Assembly: GCF_006345805.1 (NCBI RefSeq)
Contig: NC_042998.1
Span: 162,998,001 to 163,062,000 of the forward strand
Length of the DNA: 64,000 bases
Origin: Octopus sinensis
Lineage: Eukaryota
Direction of reading: 5' to 3'
Position numbers and translations under genes: made by a program. Below the pieces are notes generated by a model that had not been told where the DNA came from, ran no database searches, and was given only the letters and a program-made list of their open reading frames with translations. Shown here piece by piece: positions 25,762 to 40,611 of the stretch (its first letter is position 1; each line of letters starts with the position of its first letter).

Positions 25762-26450
25762 TTATTATTATTATTATTATTATTATTGAGTGAGCGAGCA
25801 GAGCATGCCATCAAAGTGACACTGGGGTAAAATATACGAAACACAGTATACCCATCATGACTACCCGTCTGATAAGGGTACACCAGGCACATGCATCACA
25901 ACCATATGTGCGCGACATGGTGATCTCATATCAAGATAAACAGCACATGACCTTATGTTTGACTCTCGTAGCTGCTACATCTTGGCAGCCTCAATTCTCA
26001 GGTCTCCATATTTATCTGTCTTTCCGCTTTCTTTCATGATAATATGTTGATCTCCTGCATTGCCACATCAATTATTAGGTACTCTTGTTTGTCTCTCCTA
26101 AAGGTTACTATATCTGGCCTTTGGTGCTTTAACACCACGTCGGTCTGGAAGTCAAAGACCCAGAGATTTTTGCCTTCCCCTTTTCATCCATTACCTTTTC
26201 TGGTGTATGTTGGTACCAAGCACCCATTATCAAGTTTTGGGTTACCTTGTCATGGTTATTATTATTATATTATTATTATTATTGAGTGAGCGAGCAGAGC
26301 ATGCCATCAAAGTGACACTGGGGTAAAATATACGAAACCCAGTATACCCATCATGACTACCCGTCTGATAAGGGTACACCAGGCACATGCATCACAACCA
26401 TATGTGCGCGACATGGTGATCTCATATCAAGATAAACAGCACATGACCTT
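25461..26450 (+). repeat. Near-identical direct tandem duplication, ~494-bp unit
   Basis: ORFs 25550 and 26044 are almost identical; junction acatgacctt|atgtttgac with 2-bp TT microhomology. Confidence 0.95.
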
Positions 26451-26837
26451 GCAGGTGGAGCCCAGTTAGAATTTTCTTCAGATCGAGTAACCCATCCCGC
26501 TCAAAAGGTCCCTGAATAAGGGTTGTTTAAGGACGTTGAACGAAACACCCATGTTTCCAGAGGTGAATTATTCAAACCCCAAAGAATCCTTCTCAACACA
26601 TGGCTATGATGCTCCCCCACTACTTCTGCTCATGATCAGAGATGCACATATCGTCAGCCACTAAGGGACATGCTCAACTGGTTAAGGTCAAACAACTGAC
26701 AAACAAATCTGTGGTATTGAGCAAAATATTTGCTGTAGCCCATCTTTTATACCAAGACAAAACAATGTACATGATAACACTTCCAATCAGTTAAGATCAG
26801 AAGCCATGAGAGCCACTGCCTGGTACTGCATCAGGGC

Positions 26838-26840
<3 letters not shown>
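26284..26840. mobile_element. Unclassified ~555-bp non-coding insertion bounded by (TTA)n on both sides
   Basis: Sharp edges against TTA arrays; its first ~165 bp are duplicated at 25788-25954. Confidence 0.6.
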
Positions 26841-26875
<35 letters not shown>

Positions 26876-28922
26876 TATTATTATTATTATTATTATTATC
26901 ATCATCATTATTATTATTATGAGAATGCATGGCCTAGTAGTTAGGGTGTTGCACTCATGATCGTGAGATCATAGTTTCAAGTGCATTGTCTTCTTGAGCA
27001 AAACACCTCATCTCATGTTGCTATGTGTTCACTTTGACACCTGGCACGTGGCTGTTCAAACAACGCCAATTTGATGAAGGGAGTGAGATAATGTACAGCA
27101 CATACATTTGATCAAAATAAACAAATCATTTGTGCAGGTCGTTCAGCAAAAGCTGAACACTCATACATCTTTCTTCAACAGGAGAGTACATCAATATTAT
27201 TAATAAAAATGAGATTTAAATGACCAGTACAAGAGGTATAGCAATTTAGAAAGACGAGTTTAGTGTGGTGACCTAGTATTTTAAAAATATAATAAGGAAA
27301 AGATATTTATGAAATTCAAATGGATGACTGTAGGTTCGGAGTAAGTAAGAATTTAACGAGTTTGTTTAAATGCAGAAGTTCCTTAGGCTTATGGTTATTC
27401 TCACAGTAACATTTGACAGCAATGGTTAACTGAACATAAAAATGTTCAGAACGTTGTATGTTCAGTTAACCATTCAGTAGTCCAGACTTTTCTTTCTTTC
27501 TTCTTTTCTTTCTTTTTCCTTTTTTTTTATTTGTTTCATTATATTTCCATCTACAAACTAGATTTAGATATGCTTTGCCTTGACTTTGATTTATCAGAAT
27601 GATAAATTTTGACTCAAGTTTTGAGTCTCCAGTGGCATTTGCTCCTAACTCTAATACAAGATAGTGTTTTGCAACTTTATACTTTAATGCCTTATTTTCT
27701 CTTCTCTTGAGTTATAAGTGTTAAGAGATAGACATCTCAGAAATAGTCTGCATCCATTGACATTATTTACAAATCAGAGGGAATTTACCTCCTTCATTAA
27801 ATGTACAGCAATTTCTGGTGCAATCTAGATATCAGCATTTGCTCATTCACCTGTTATCTGAATGCTATGGTGTTTAGACTATTTCTTGTTCTGTCTGAAA
27901 CATCCACATGAAACAATAAGCATTTGTGTGATTTTCTCTGCTACTTGTTTCAACTGATTAATTAAATAAACGTTTCTCCTTTTGCTGAATAATAGTTTGG
28001 GAGATTGGCAATGTCTTAACTGTGCCCCATATTGTTCATGATTTTACTACATGCCCATGTTACACTCATTTGGATCTTGCATAGCAACATTTATTTCAAG
28101 AGAACAATGCTTCCTAAATCTAATAGAACAAGTCCTAATGATTCCACAACAAAATTTTTCTTTTCTTGGCCTCCAACGCTTTTCATAATCTTTCATTTTT
28201 ATAATCCTTAAGTGACATAATGGAATAATAAGAGCTCTGAATTTTAAAAAAATTTCTGTAATTTTGAGAAATTACAAAATTGCTACAAAAGAGAAATGAT
28301 GTAGCGGGAACAAAAATGTAAGAATGGCACACCAAACTAAGTGTGACTGGCTGATTGCATTCTTTTGTGCACACTAATAAAACGCTAAGATGGTTCCTAA
28401 TGATGAAATTAAAATTAATGCAGAAATTCAAGAGATGGCTAGGCAATGATAATGACTTCTTTACTTTAATTTGGCTGTCAGATTTCTACGGAATTAGGCT
28501 TTGTAATAATGAAGATTTTCCCAAGACAGTGGGTTGACAGAAACTTTAGTACACTGGACAAAATACTTAGCAATTCTTCTTCCAAGCATTATGTTCTAAC
28601 TGCAAAGTATGCAGAGATTTATTTTTCATTTCGTCCTCTTTGGGTCAATAAGTACCAGCTGAGCACTGAAGTCGATGTAATCAACTAGACCCTCCTCCAA
28701 AAGTTTAGGTTGTGTACCTCTAATATAAAGGTAGAAATAATGAGGTCTCTGTCATAGAGGTAACTTAAAATGAGAGATTGGCATAGACACATATACGCAC
28801 ACCTTTTTCTGCCCTTTTTCTCTCCTTTCTTTGTTTCTCTTTCTTTTCTATACTTGTTTCTTTTCTCTCTTCTCACTACCACTCTTTTCTAGCTCAATAC
28901 ATAACTGGTATGTGTATGTGTA

Positions 28923-29170
28923 TGGAGGCGTGTGGCTTAGTAATTATGGTGTTGAACTCATGATCGTAAGATTGTGGTTTCAATTCCTGGACCGGGTGAT
29001 GCATTGTGTTCTTGAGCAAAACACTTCATTTCCCATTGCTCCAGTCAACTCAGCTGGCAAAAATGAGTAACGCTGCGATGGACTGGCGTTCCATCCAGCT
29101 GGGGAACATATACACCATAGAAACTGGGAAACCGGGCCCATGAGCCTGGCTAGACATTAAAAGGGTGCAT
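28923..29170 (+). mobile_element. tRNA-derived SINE family C (tail variant 2)
   Basis: ggaggcgtgtggcttag..tttcaattcctggaccggg..ccagctggggaac..gggcccatgagcctggctag; reverse copy at 53018-53296. Confidence 0.85.
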
Positions 29171-29517
29171 TTATTTATTTTTATTATGTGTATGTGTGCA
29201 TCTCTGACTGCATGCATGCATACCTGCTTCCGCATGTATGTGCACCTGGCAGTCTTTCTTCTCTCCATTCTTTTCCAGTTGCTAGGTCAAAAGTCAGCTT
29301 GTAAATTCAGCAAAACTCAAGTACCATAGTTTGTCTCATTGTCAGAGTCCTATGTTTATACTAATTTTCCAGTTTTCCCCTGTCTGAGGAACCAACAACA
29401 AATTAGTATATACTCCACTGGAACAGAATAAATGGACTATCGCACACTATTTTTTTAGTGAGTAATTTTCTCCTCTTCCCTACTAATACATGCACACACA
29501 AATAGCTGTTCACATAC

Positions 29518-29552
<35 letters not shown>

Positions 29553-29780
29553 CACAGTAGTGAAGGTAAAGTATAATGCTAGTTATATTTTAAAAACTGT
29601 GGAAAGGCCCTGGGAGAAACATAAATCTGCATGACTATAGAAGTAAAAATAATACAATTAAACAGAAACATAAAGACAGAAAGATAGTGTATCAGGCAAA
29701 GAGAATCTAACAAGGACACTATCAAACCGCAAAATATCTTTACAATCTTCTATGTAAATATGATAATCATACATACATAG

Positions 29781-29826
<46 letters not shown>

Positions 29827-31438
29827 CAATGTGTGCTTATCTATATGTTTGTGCAGTGGGAGTTATGTCTGTATGGATGTGCATATGTGTGTATCTTTCT
29901 GCATACATATGAATGCAGCCATATTTATTTATATGTTTATATACCATCAATATTATCATTGGCGATGATGAAGTTCATATGTATAACTAGTGTATTAATA
30001 TATATAAACATACATATACATGCATTTTTATAAACATGTACATATATTCATCCAGTTATATATGTGTGCACAAATATGTCTCTATATATATACAATTATA
30101 TACGTCAATATATATTTATACATATACATATATGCACATATATAAACTGATGCATGTATATATACAAATATATACATATCTACATATATATATATGATCA
30201 TATCGTCAAGCAAGATTACACACATACCCACTAACACCCCCACACATATGTTAAACTGATAATAATCTTATTACAAAAATATATACACAAACATATATGT
30301 GAGTGTGCTCTAGACTGACTATAATCAAAATACAAATACACAACACATAGCAACAAAATACATACACAGAGATATTCATATGCATATACGCATAAACAGC
30401 ATGAAAATATTTGGTCTATATTCATGAATACAGCAGGACGGTGCCATGCCAAAATGTGTTCTGATCCATTTCACAGGAAAAGATATCACTCATTAAGTTT
30501 TTCGTATAATGCTAGTCAGGATATCTGTTATCTGTAATGTCTAATTCATGATATGACTGAGCTCTAGTGAAAAACTGGAGTGTAATTTGGAAACAATCTG
30601 ATCAGAGTTTGGACGTCATGTTTTATATATATATATATATATATATGCATGTCTGTGCATGTTAGTAACTACATATGTATGCTAGTATGTATATATGTAT
30701 GTATAAAGTATACACTGGTGTATCTCTGTATGTATGCATATATATATATATATGCATATACATGTGTATGTGTTCATGTATGTATGTATATGTAATTATG
30801 CATCTCTATATGTATATTTACATGTGTATATATGTATATTTGTATGTATGCATGCATGTATATGTAATTATGCATCTGTATACAGGAGAGACTGAGAGAC
30901 AGAGAGGAAGAAGGTGGGTGAAAGAAAGAGGAAATAGTGTTTATATAAACAAGTTGTTGGCATTATTACATTACTCTGTATGTCCATATATACACATTCA
31001 TGCATATGTATACAAGTGCAAGTGTGTCTGCATCTATATTTATGTGCATATGAATGCAAAGAAAATAAAGTTTATTAAATGTTACATATATGTGTATGTA
31101 TATATATGTGGTGTGTGTGTGTGTATGGTTGTCTTTATCTGTAGATGCACATGTATGGACTAGTAATTTTGTTGCAGACCTATATGTGTGTGTGTGTGTG
31201 TGTATTTATTGCTTTACAATATTTGTTCAGCTGACCTTCAGGCCAGTACTTGACTGAATTTGTTCTCACTCTCACATGCTTGGTCTTTGCAGGATACTTC
31301 TACCAAAAGCTGTCTAAGGTGGCTAAGGCTACCAGAATGGGTCCTCAAATAAGCCACCTTGTTCACCTGCTCTGCTGAGTCCTAGATCTTTTTTTATAGT
31401 TCACTGGTCCATCTTTGAGCTAAAACCTTTATTATAGA

Positions 31439-32074
31439 CTAGCAGTATCGCCCGGCGTTGCTCGGGTTTGTAAGGGAAATAACTATATAAGCATTTTTAG
31501 AGAGTTATAGCCAAAAAATAGCCAAAAATGCATTAAAAATGGAAATAATATGATGGTAAATTTTTTTTTAAATCGTTGACTCATCGTAGAAATTTTTAGA
31601 GAGTTACTTCCCTTATATAATAGCGAAAAAATGCATTAAAATGGAAAAAAAACGATGGTAATTTTTTTTTTAAATCGTAGACTCATGTAGATGCTTTCTT
31701 AGCCATTTCTGTTTTGGTGTCTTCAAGCCATGAAGTCGTTGTTCTAAAAGAACGCTGGTCTCCTTGACAACGCATTACGACGTTGATTTCCTTACACTCC
31801 CTTCCCCACAGGTGCAGGTGTGAGCGTGGACGCCAACTCCGCCGCCATCGACACACGAAAAATTATGCATTAAAATGGAATAAAAAATTATGTTAAATTA
31901 TTTTTAAAATCGTAGACTCATCGTAGACGCGCGCTAATACTCAGACGGGCTCGATATGAATCACGACTATAAGCTACCCGAATTTGGTAAACTGCACCGC
32001 AAAATGTGGGAGTAGTTAGGAATCTAAATCGAAGGGGACAGACACTCACACAACTACAGTTTTATATATATAGA
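31439..32074 (-). mobile_element. Non-autonomous Helitron (Lep1-like ends)
   Basis: On the minus strand: A|TC start, subterminal hairpin cccgagcaacgccggg, CTAG|T end; same termini as 51694-52092. Confidence 0.88.
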
Positions 32075-32094
32075 TATACATAGCGCAGTAGTGG

Positions 32095-32680
32095 TGAGAT
32101 GTGACAGCAAAGAAAAGCATACATTCACTCTCTGCATGCAATTAGACTCGGAAAGTTCGTGAGGAACCCATTGACCCAATTTGCTGACTTTTCCGATAGC
32201 ACACAGGTCTCAATGAATGGTTGAATGACCAAATCCAAGCTTCTCTGCTAGTTCCTCAACAGTTACGATGAGATTTTGTTCCACCAGGGTTTTCAGGATG
32301 TCCTTGTCGAGTTCTACAGATCTTTCAGGATGAGGCTCGTCTTCTAGGCTGTAGTTTATGGCTCGGAATTTCTGGAACCACCATTGACACTGCCTTACGC
32401 TTATTGTCCAATCCCCATATACTGCATTAATATTTCTTGTACTTTCCGTTGCGTTGTTGTCTTTATTGAACTCATAAAGCAAAATATGCCAAATATGCTC
32501 CTTTGTTACTTCCAATATAGCTTTGAAAAAAATAGCTGTTAAAATCGAAATGCACTCTTCAAAACTTGCACTATGAATAAGGACAAGATAAAATTACTAC
32601 CTGCTTTTATAGCAAGTTAATATAAGTGGTTTATCCCATTCCCCTCTGACTTTTAGTTCAAGCTGTTGAAAAAACCGCAT
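32095..32680 (-). mobile_element. 5' half of the same mariner family as 5308-6579
   Basis: ORF 32210-32515 MEVTKEHIWHILLYEFNKD..WFQKFRA..SLEDEP; nucleotide similarity to 5970-6560. Confidence 0.92.
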
Positions 32681-32934
32681 TATTATATATATATATAGAT
32701 ACATACATACATATACACACACACTCTCTCTCTCACACACATGCACACATTTATATTCTGTTATTCTTTTATATGTTTCAGCCTTGAGGTTGTGGCCATG
32801 CTGGATCATGTGTGTGTGTGTGTGTATGTCTATCTGTCTGTCTGTCTGTATGTATATATGTATATGTATGTGTGTGAACAATAATATTTTCAACAGATGT
32901 GTTGCAAATGTATCTGATTGTTCTCAAGCTTCAA

Positions 32935-32979
32935 TACTGTGTGTGTGTGTATGTGTGTGTGTATATGTATGTATGTATG

Positions 32980-33011
<32 letters not shown>

Positions 33012-33150
33012 TGTATGTATGTATGTATGTGTGTATGTATGTATGTGTGTGTGTATGTATGTGTGTGTGTGTGTATGTATGTGTATGTATGTATGTATGT
33101 ATGTATGTATGTATGTATGTATGTATGTATGTATGTATGTATGTATGAGT
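32935..33150. repeat. (TATG)n/(TG)n microsatellite
   Basis: Directly visible. Confidence 0.97.
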
Positions 33151-33622
33151 GTATGTTTACTTTATTACTAACACAAGCCACTACGGTTATTTAATGTAAA
33201 GTCCTCCTCAAATCACTCTCTGTCGCTATTTACTCTCTTCCAAGAACATTTTCACTCACTCTTATGTGTTAGCTTCCCATACATTTTACTCATGTATCTA
33301 TCAGCGTCATAGACAGAAACAAATATTACATCTAGTTTCACTTTATTCGTTGCACACTGTGTGTGTGCGTTTGCGTGTGGTGTAAACCAGACTAAGAAAA
33401 GCATTTGACACACACACCAGAATGTGAGTTTTCTGTAAATTTTGCTTAATTGGAGTTTAAATTTTTAAAACTGGACCTGGCATGACGCGATGCATTGTAC
33501 TCTTAAAAATGCTAGGTAAATTGTAATTGAAGAAATCCTATATTGTAGATTTCTATAACTCCCAAAGGGAGGCAGATAAAATCTGCCTTTTATAATAAGA
33601 GATAAACACACACACACACACA

Positions 33623-33655
<33 letters not shown>

Positions 33656-33719
33656 CGATGATCAAAGTTAAATCTTCGTCCCTTTCATTAACTCTTCGCC
33701 CCTCCTATATTTTAGAATT

Positions 33720-34650
33720 CACCATTGTTAATTCTCATGACATGTCTTTTACTAGCATTCTTCTTTCCCTTGTCCTCACCACCTCCATCATTTACAAACT
33801 CACCAACTCCTATCCTTACTTCAACTTCATCTCTTGCCATCTCACTCATATCAAATGCTTCATTCTCCTATTCACAGTTCCTCCATCTCACCATCTCTGT
33901 AGCCTTGACCATGATTTTGAGACACCATCTCAATACATGGTCCAACACTTAATGTGGCACAAATAACCTCCACCCTAGTCAGAGCTATCATTTCTTGCAT
34001 TCAGAAAATCGACCATACACCTTTCCCTTCCTCTCTCACTTCCATCCTTTCACATCTGCTTTCCTTTTTTTCTCATCTGTACTCACCCTCCAGTACACTA
34101 TCTTATGTGCATTCTGAATTGTCCGATCCAACCACATAAGTTCCTATATATTCCTAATCCATTCCCCTTCCTCTTCTACCTTTAAGCACACCCATAATCT
34201 ATGTAATCTACTCATCCATTGTTTATTTCCTATTCCCTGTATCCTTTCTTTGCTTTTGTGTCCATTGCTGCACTTCTCCCTTGCTCTCCAATATCATCTT
34301 CTGCAAAGGTCTCAGTGATAATCCTTTCCACATAACAGAAAGTTTCATATGCACCTCTGTTTAAAAAGCTTAAATGTCTCCCTCTGCAACTCTCTATATA
34401 TTGGACAAACTGGATGGTATTTGTCAACTTGTTTCATTGAACACATTCAAGACATCAATCTCAGTAATGATTCTCTCATTTCATATCATTTTCACCCTAT
34501 GCACCAGTCAATCTGGTATCTCTTAGCGCTTGGCTTAGTCCTACAGAGTGATCATCAGACTCACATCTCCAATGTGAAAATTAATTTACTTTCTTTCTGT
34601 AAACATTCACACCATGGACTTCTATATTCTTTAATATGCACAATATCACC
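33720..34650 (+). mobile_element. Old Penelope-like element 3' part (RT thumb plus GIY-YIG endonuclease)
   Basis: HLTHIKC..HLCSLDHDFET; LCNSLYIGQTGWYLSTCFIEHIQDI..ISYHF..ALGL matches GIY-YIG YIGxTxRxLxxRFxEH..VAxHF; pyrimidine-rich coding strand. Confidence 0.75.
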
Positions 34651-34745
34651 ATAAACTTCACATGACCTACACGAATGCATATACATCCAAAGTATTTTAC
34701 AACAAAATATGCACAACAAGAAAATACACACGAGTTAAAATATAC

Positions 34746-35163
34746 ATAGGCACAGGCATGACTGTGTGGTAAGAAGCTTGCTTCCCAGCCACATGGTTCT
34801 GGGTTCAGTCTCATTGCATGGCATCTTGAGCGAATGTTTTCTACAGTTTCAGGCTGACCAAAGCCTTGTAAGTGGATTTAGTAGATGGAAATTGAACGAA
34901 ATCCATCATATATACATATATTTGTGTGTGTGTGTGTGTGTCTGTGTCTGTGTGCCTTTGTGTCTGTGTTTGTCCCATACCACTGTTTGACAACTGGTAT
35001 TAGCTTGTTGATGTCTCCATTAGTTAGAAGTTCAGCAAAAAGAGACTGATAAAATAGGTACCAGGATGGAAAACAAAATACTGGTCAATTCCTTTGACTT
35101 AAAGTTCTTCAAGACAATGCCCCAGCATGGCCACAGTCTAATGACTGAAATAGATAAAAGATA
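34746..35163 (+). mobile_element. SINE family A copy (older)
   Basis: Family consensus, more diverged. Confidence 0.82.
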
Positions 35164-35557
35164 ACACCAAATCCCTTGCTTCCCCATCCACAGCATACAC
35201 ATCTTCCATATCACTTTTGCATTCCCTCTTTAAACCTACCCACCACACTTTAAACCCACTTGCATAAACACATTTCCTCTTGAACGGCATCAGCCCAAAT
35301 TTAGACACATTCATGCATACATGAATGTATTTCATTGTTCCTGTTACTTTTCCTTTGTCTACACCTTTCCTTCTGTCTAACTTTTTGAGAAAGAGCTTAA
35401 GTTTGAAACATCAGAGACTTCTACTTTCATTCCTCTCATTGATCTACAAACTAACAATCATTCCCTGTTTTCATTTTGCCATCCATGTTGTTAACATGTA
35501 TGTGTGTGTGTGTGAGTGTGTGTGTGTGTGAGTGTGTGTGCGTGTGTGTGTGTGTGT

Positions 35558-35596
<39 letters not shown>

Positions 35597-36479
35597 GTAT
35601 TATACAGATACATGTGTATATGTGCAATAATGATAAAATTGAGATGGGTAGGGCAATTGGTTTGGATGAAAGATGATAGACTCACCAAATAGTTGTTTTA
35701 TGGTCAGCTTTGGAACAGCAAATGTCTTGTAGATCACCCCCCTCTTACATTACAAGAATCAGTTTAAAGAAAACTTCAAGCTTTATAATATTGGTTTAAA
35801 AATTTGGCAGATAGCCAGCAATTTCAAGAGAAGAGGTAAGTTGATTACATTGAACCCCAGTGCTCAACTTGTACTTATTTTATAGACCCCAAAGGGATGA
35901 AAGGCAAAGATGACTTTAGTAAAATTTGAACTCAGAACACAAAAAGCAACAAAATGCCACAAAGCATTTTGCCCAGCATGCTAATTATCCTGCCCGCTCA
36001 CCACCTTCAAGCATTGAGAAGATCTTGCTCAAAAAAAAAAAAAAAACGTCTTTCACTAGTTTAAAACAATTTGAAATATTCTGTAGACAGAAACATTGTG
36101 ATCAACTTCATCTGAATCTTAAACAGAGACACCATTGAGAATCTTCTTCAAATGATTTCATTTGTGGTGATTGTGGATTCATAGCTCACAGCAAGGCAGG
36201 GCTCACTTCCCACAGCAGAAAGCATAAACCTACTTAAGATCGCCTGTCAGCACCATAAAATATGTATGTGTGCAAGTGAGTGTGTATGTGTTTATACCCG
36301 TGTTTATTAAACTATCTGTTTCATTATTTATTTACACGATTTATCTGTTTTGTCTATTTACCCATTTGATTATCTCTATCCTTCCTTCTATCCACCTATT
36401 ATCTATCTAGCTCTCTCTACTCATCTATTTATCTGTTTATTTATCTATCTATCTCTCTGTCTCTCTATTTATCTAATTA

Positions 36480-37140
<661 letters not shown>

Positions 37141-37883
37141 CTATCTCTTTATCTATCAACCTATCTGTCTGTCTGTCTATCTCTTTGTCTGCCTGTCTTT
37201 TCCCTGCCTCTCTGTTCACCCATCAATCTGTCTCTCTATCAATCTATCCACATACCAACCTAGCTATCTACCATTATACCGCTATTCAGCATGACTGACA
37301 ATGTTGATTGGCACATACCCTGAAGACAGTGTCCGTCTTCATTGTTTTTAGTTAGTTTACTGCCATTTCACCTATGGTGCTATGGCCACTGGCTACACTG
37401 ACCCACTCACAGCTAGCAAGCCAACTTCTCTAATTGCTAGCTTTGTTGAATATCTTAACAATCGGGTTTCTCTCCCTCCAGGAATGGTCAACATTTGGCC
37501 ATAATGAAAACCCTTTCTTGATTAAGTGATTGAGTTGAATTGACCCAAATGAATTGTAAGTAGATGACCACTTGACAACAGAGATGATGACAACAATGGT
37601 GATGATGATAATGATGATGATGGCGAGGACGTCCATAGTAGTAGAGACTGGGCAGGCATGATTATAATAAGGTTGATAACAATAAAGATGATATTGGTAG
37701 CAATGAAGCTCTTTTTGCTGCTGCTGATGATGATGATGATTGTGAGGTTTTTATGATGATGATGATAAAGATGTTGTTGCTGCTGATGATGATGATATTA
37801 TCTGTTTTGTTTACTTTTCACAGCCTATTTGTTTATATAAAATAAGTGCATATCACACACTCCATATTACCTGATAGAGTATG

Positions 37884-37918
<35 letters not shown>

Positions 37919-37929
37919 GATATAATATT

Positions 37930-38348
37930 CTTTTATTCTCTTACTTGTTTCAGTCATTTGACTGCAGACATGCTGGAGCACTGCCTTAAAGGGTTTTAGC
38001 AAAAAAAAAAATCAACCCCAGGACTTATTCTTTGTAAGCCTAGTACTTATTCTATCGATCTCTTTTGCCGAAGTGCTAAGTTACTAGGAATGCAAACACA
38101 CCAACATTGGATGTCAAGCGATGGTGGGGGGGACAAAGACAGACACAAAGACACACACATAAATATATACACACACACACATATGTATACATGACAGGCT
38201 TCTTTCAGTTTCCCTCAACATAATCCACTCACAAGGCTTTGGTCGGCCCAAGGCTATAGTAGAAAACGCTTGCCCAAGGTGCCACACAATGGGATTAAAC
38301 CCCAAACCATGTAGCTGGGAAGCAAGCTTCTTACCACACAGCCACTCC
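37930..38348 (-). mobile_element. SINE family A copy
   Basis: Reverse complement of the family consensus. Confidence 0.88.
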
Positions 38349-38414
38349 TATATATATATGTGTGTGCATGTGTATGTGTGTGTTTATGTATATTGTGTAT
38401 GTATGCGTATCTAT

Positions 38415-38462
<48 letters not shown>

Positions 38463-38484
38463 ATCATTGTTATCTGTCTATCTA

Positions 38485-38540
<56 letters not shown>

Positions 38541-40611
38541 ATCATTGTCATCATCATCATTTTATGTCTACTTTGTGTACTTGCATGAGTCAGAGGTCCA
38601 CATCTGAATCATAAGTTTAATTTTGGCTTGTTTCCTATGGCTGGATACCCTTCCTGTCACCAACAGCATCACAGTATATTTGATACATTTCATTTCTTGG
38701 AAACATCTCTAGGGAAGCTGTCACACCTTCAACTAGACTAAAAGTTACTTCTTGCCTCACATACTTAACAGAGTGTACTGGGTACATTTTACCATCACAC
38801 CATCACTAAAGATAATTGGGTTGAGAGCATAATAGATAGCAAGGGGTAGATGGATGATGAGGATGAATAATGATTGTCGATATCTAATAGGGAGTATTGG
38901 TAGATTGCAGGATGTATTTGTGTGTCTGATGCAGTCATACTCTTAGGAAGAAACCATGCCAAATCAGGCAGCAGAACTTGGTGTAGACTTTTGAATTGTC
39001 AGTTCTTGCTGGACCATCAAACATATGCCAGCATGGAAAACAGACATTAAATGATGTTGATGATGGTTGACACAGTGAGGGAAATGAAGATGAGAGAAGT
39101 AAAGGTGTCACAGGTGCAGTGGCATCCTTAGTTGTTCTGGAAGCACTGTATTGTGTAAAGAGGAGATCCACTAGTGCTCTTAGTCATTCCAGTAACATCC
39201 ACTAGCATCCTTAGTCATTCCAGTGATACAGTGAGACTAAGAGAAATGAATAATTAAGAGATGAGTAATACAAGTACTCAGAGCATGAGAGATAAAGGTA
39301 GAGGCAATAAAAATATGTGGTAAGTTGTGGTATAGCAGTGGCTAAATGAGTGATAAGGAGGTGTAAAACAAGATGGATGTGTGATACAGGTTTGATGATG
39401 AAAGGTGAGTAGTAATGTATTAGGTGGATGACAGGCTGTTTAAGAGGGCAATGATGTAGGCTTGACATGTATTTGATGAAGCATTTATGTACATTTAGTT
39501 GATTCATTTGTAGTACATATTCATCCAAGGTAAACATTGCTATGCAGCTTTGTTCAAGGTTTATTCTTTTGTATGGGGGATGTGAACAGAGAATTCAAGT
39601 ATTAGGTAATACTCCTTAAAGTATATCCTCGGTAAAAGATCATAAAACCTCCAGGATACAGAACAGTTAAGTTTACCTTGAAATACGATAAGACTATAAT
39701 TCTGGTATCAATTACTCAAACTTAGAACTGATTTTTTTAGATATTGAGGGAATAGATTAATAGATTATTTAATACACTTAGTAGTAGAAGAAAGACCCCA
39801 ATAAGGTCAGGAAGCATTCACGTCACTGACCACTCATAATGAGTATAATATGATACCATTTAAGATAAATGGACAGATTTGAAAGGAAATGAAAGTAAGA
39901 GGGAATTGTTATCATTCCAATTTAGATAATCAGACCTGTCCATAGCAATATAGTTTTATACTTTTTTGAATATTAGAAGTCTAGTATTAATTGAGATGAA
40001 TGAAGTAAATTGAAATCTTAATCATATTTTGTTAAAATCATACTTTGTTAAAATCTAACCCAAGCAAATTTGTGATTATTATTTGGTTTGTTTAACTTAT
40101 GTACATGATTTCTAATTAAAAATCCTTGTTTTAAAAATACTTAAATACTCTTCTAAATGAATAAGTACATTTTACTGTTACTTCGTTTCTGCAATTTAGT
40201 AACTTGCCATTAGAAGTAATGATATGGAATATTTCTTTCAAGCATATATATAAATTTCAAATTCCCAATAGTATACAGCAAAGCACTGCTAATAAATGCC
40301 CATTTAATATCATACTTTTAAAGTCTAGATGAAACTACTCAAACTTGTACAATTTATTTTTTCCCTCTTTTTGAATGAAGAAAGGTAGTTACATAATCTT
40401 TGCTTAACGTCAGCAGAACATGACACAATATGATAATTAGAAATACCATCGACTCTTACTATACAGCTGTAAAATATATATATAGTATACTGTTCTGTAA
40501 AGATAAGATCAACAAAAAAAGTATTTCATCTGGTGTGAGATAAATATTGTTTAATGAGCATAGTAAATATTTTTAAAGATACTAACAGTTTCATATAGTG
40601 AAGACCACATA

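Noticed and set aside
26470-26552. Hammerhead-like words in the 555-bp TAA-flanked element
   Set aside because: CTGAAGA (minus strand) lacks a downstream stem plus GAAA; CTGAATA (plus strand) is not a valid core.
37352-37504. 50-codon open frame after a ttttag acceptor
   Set aside because: Competing splice-like readings on both strands, none recognisable; expected by chance.
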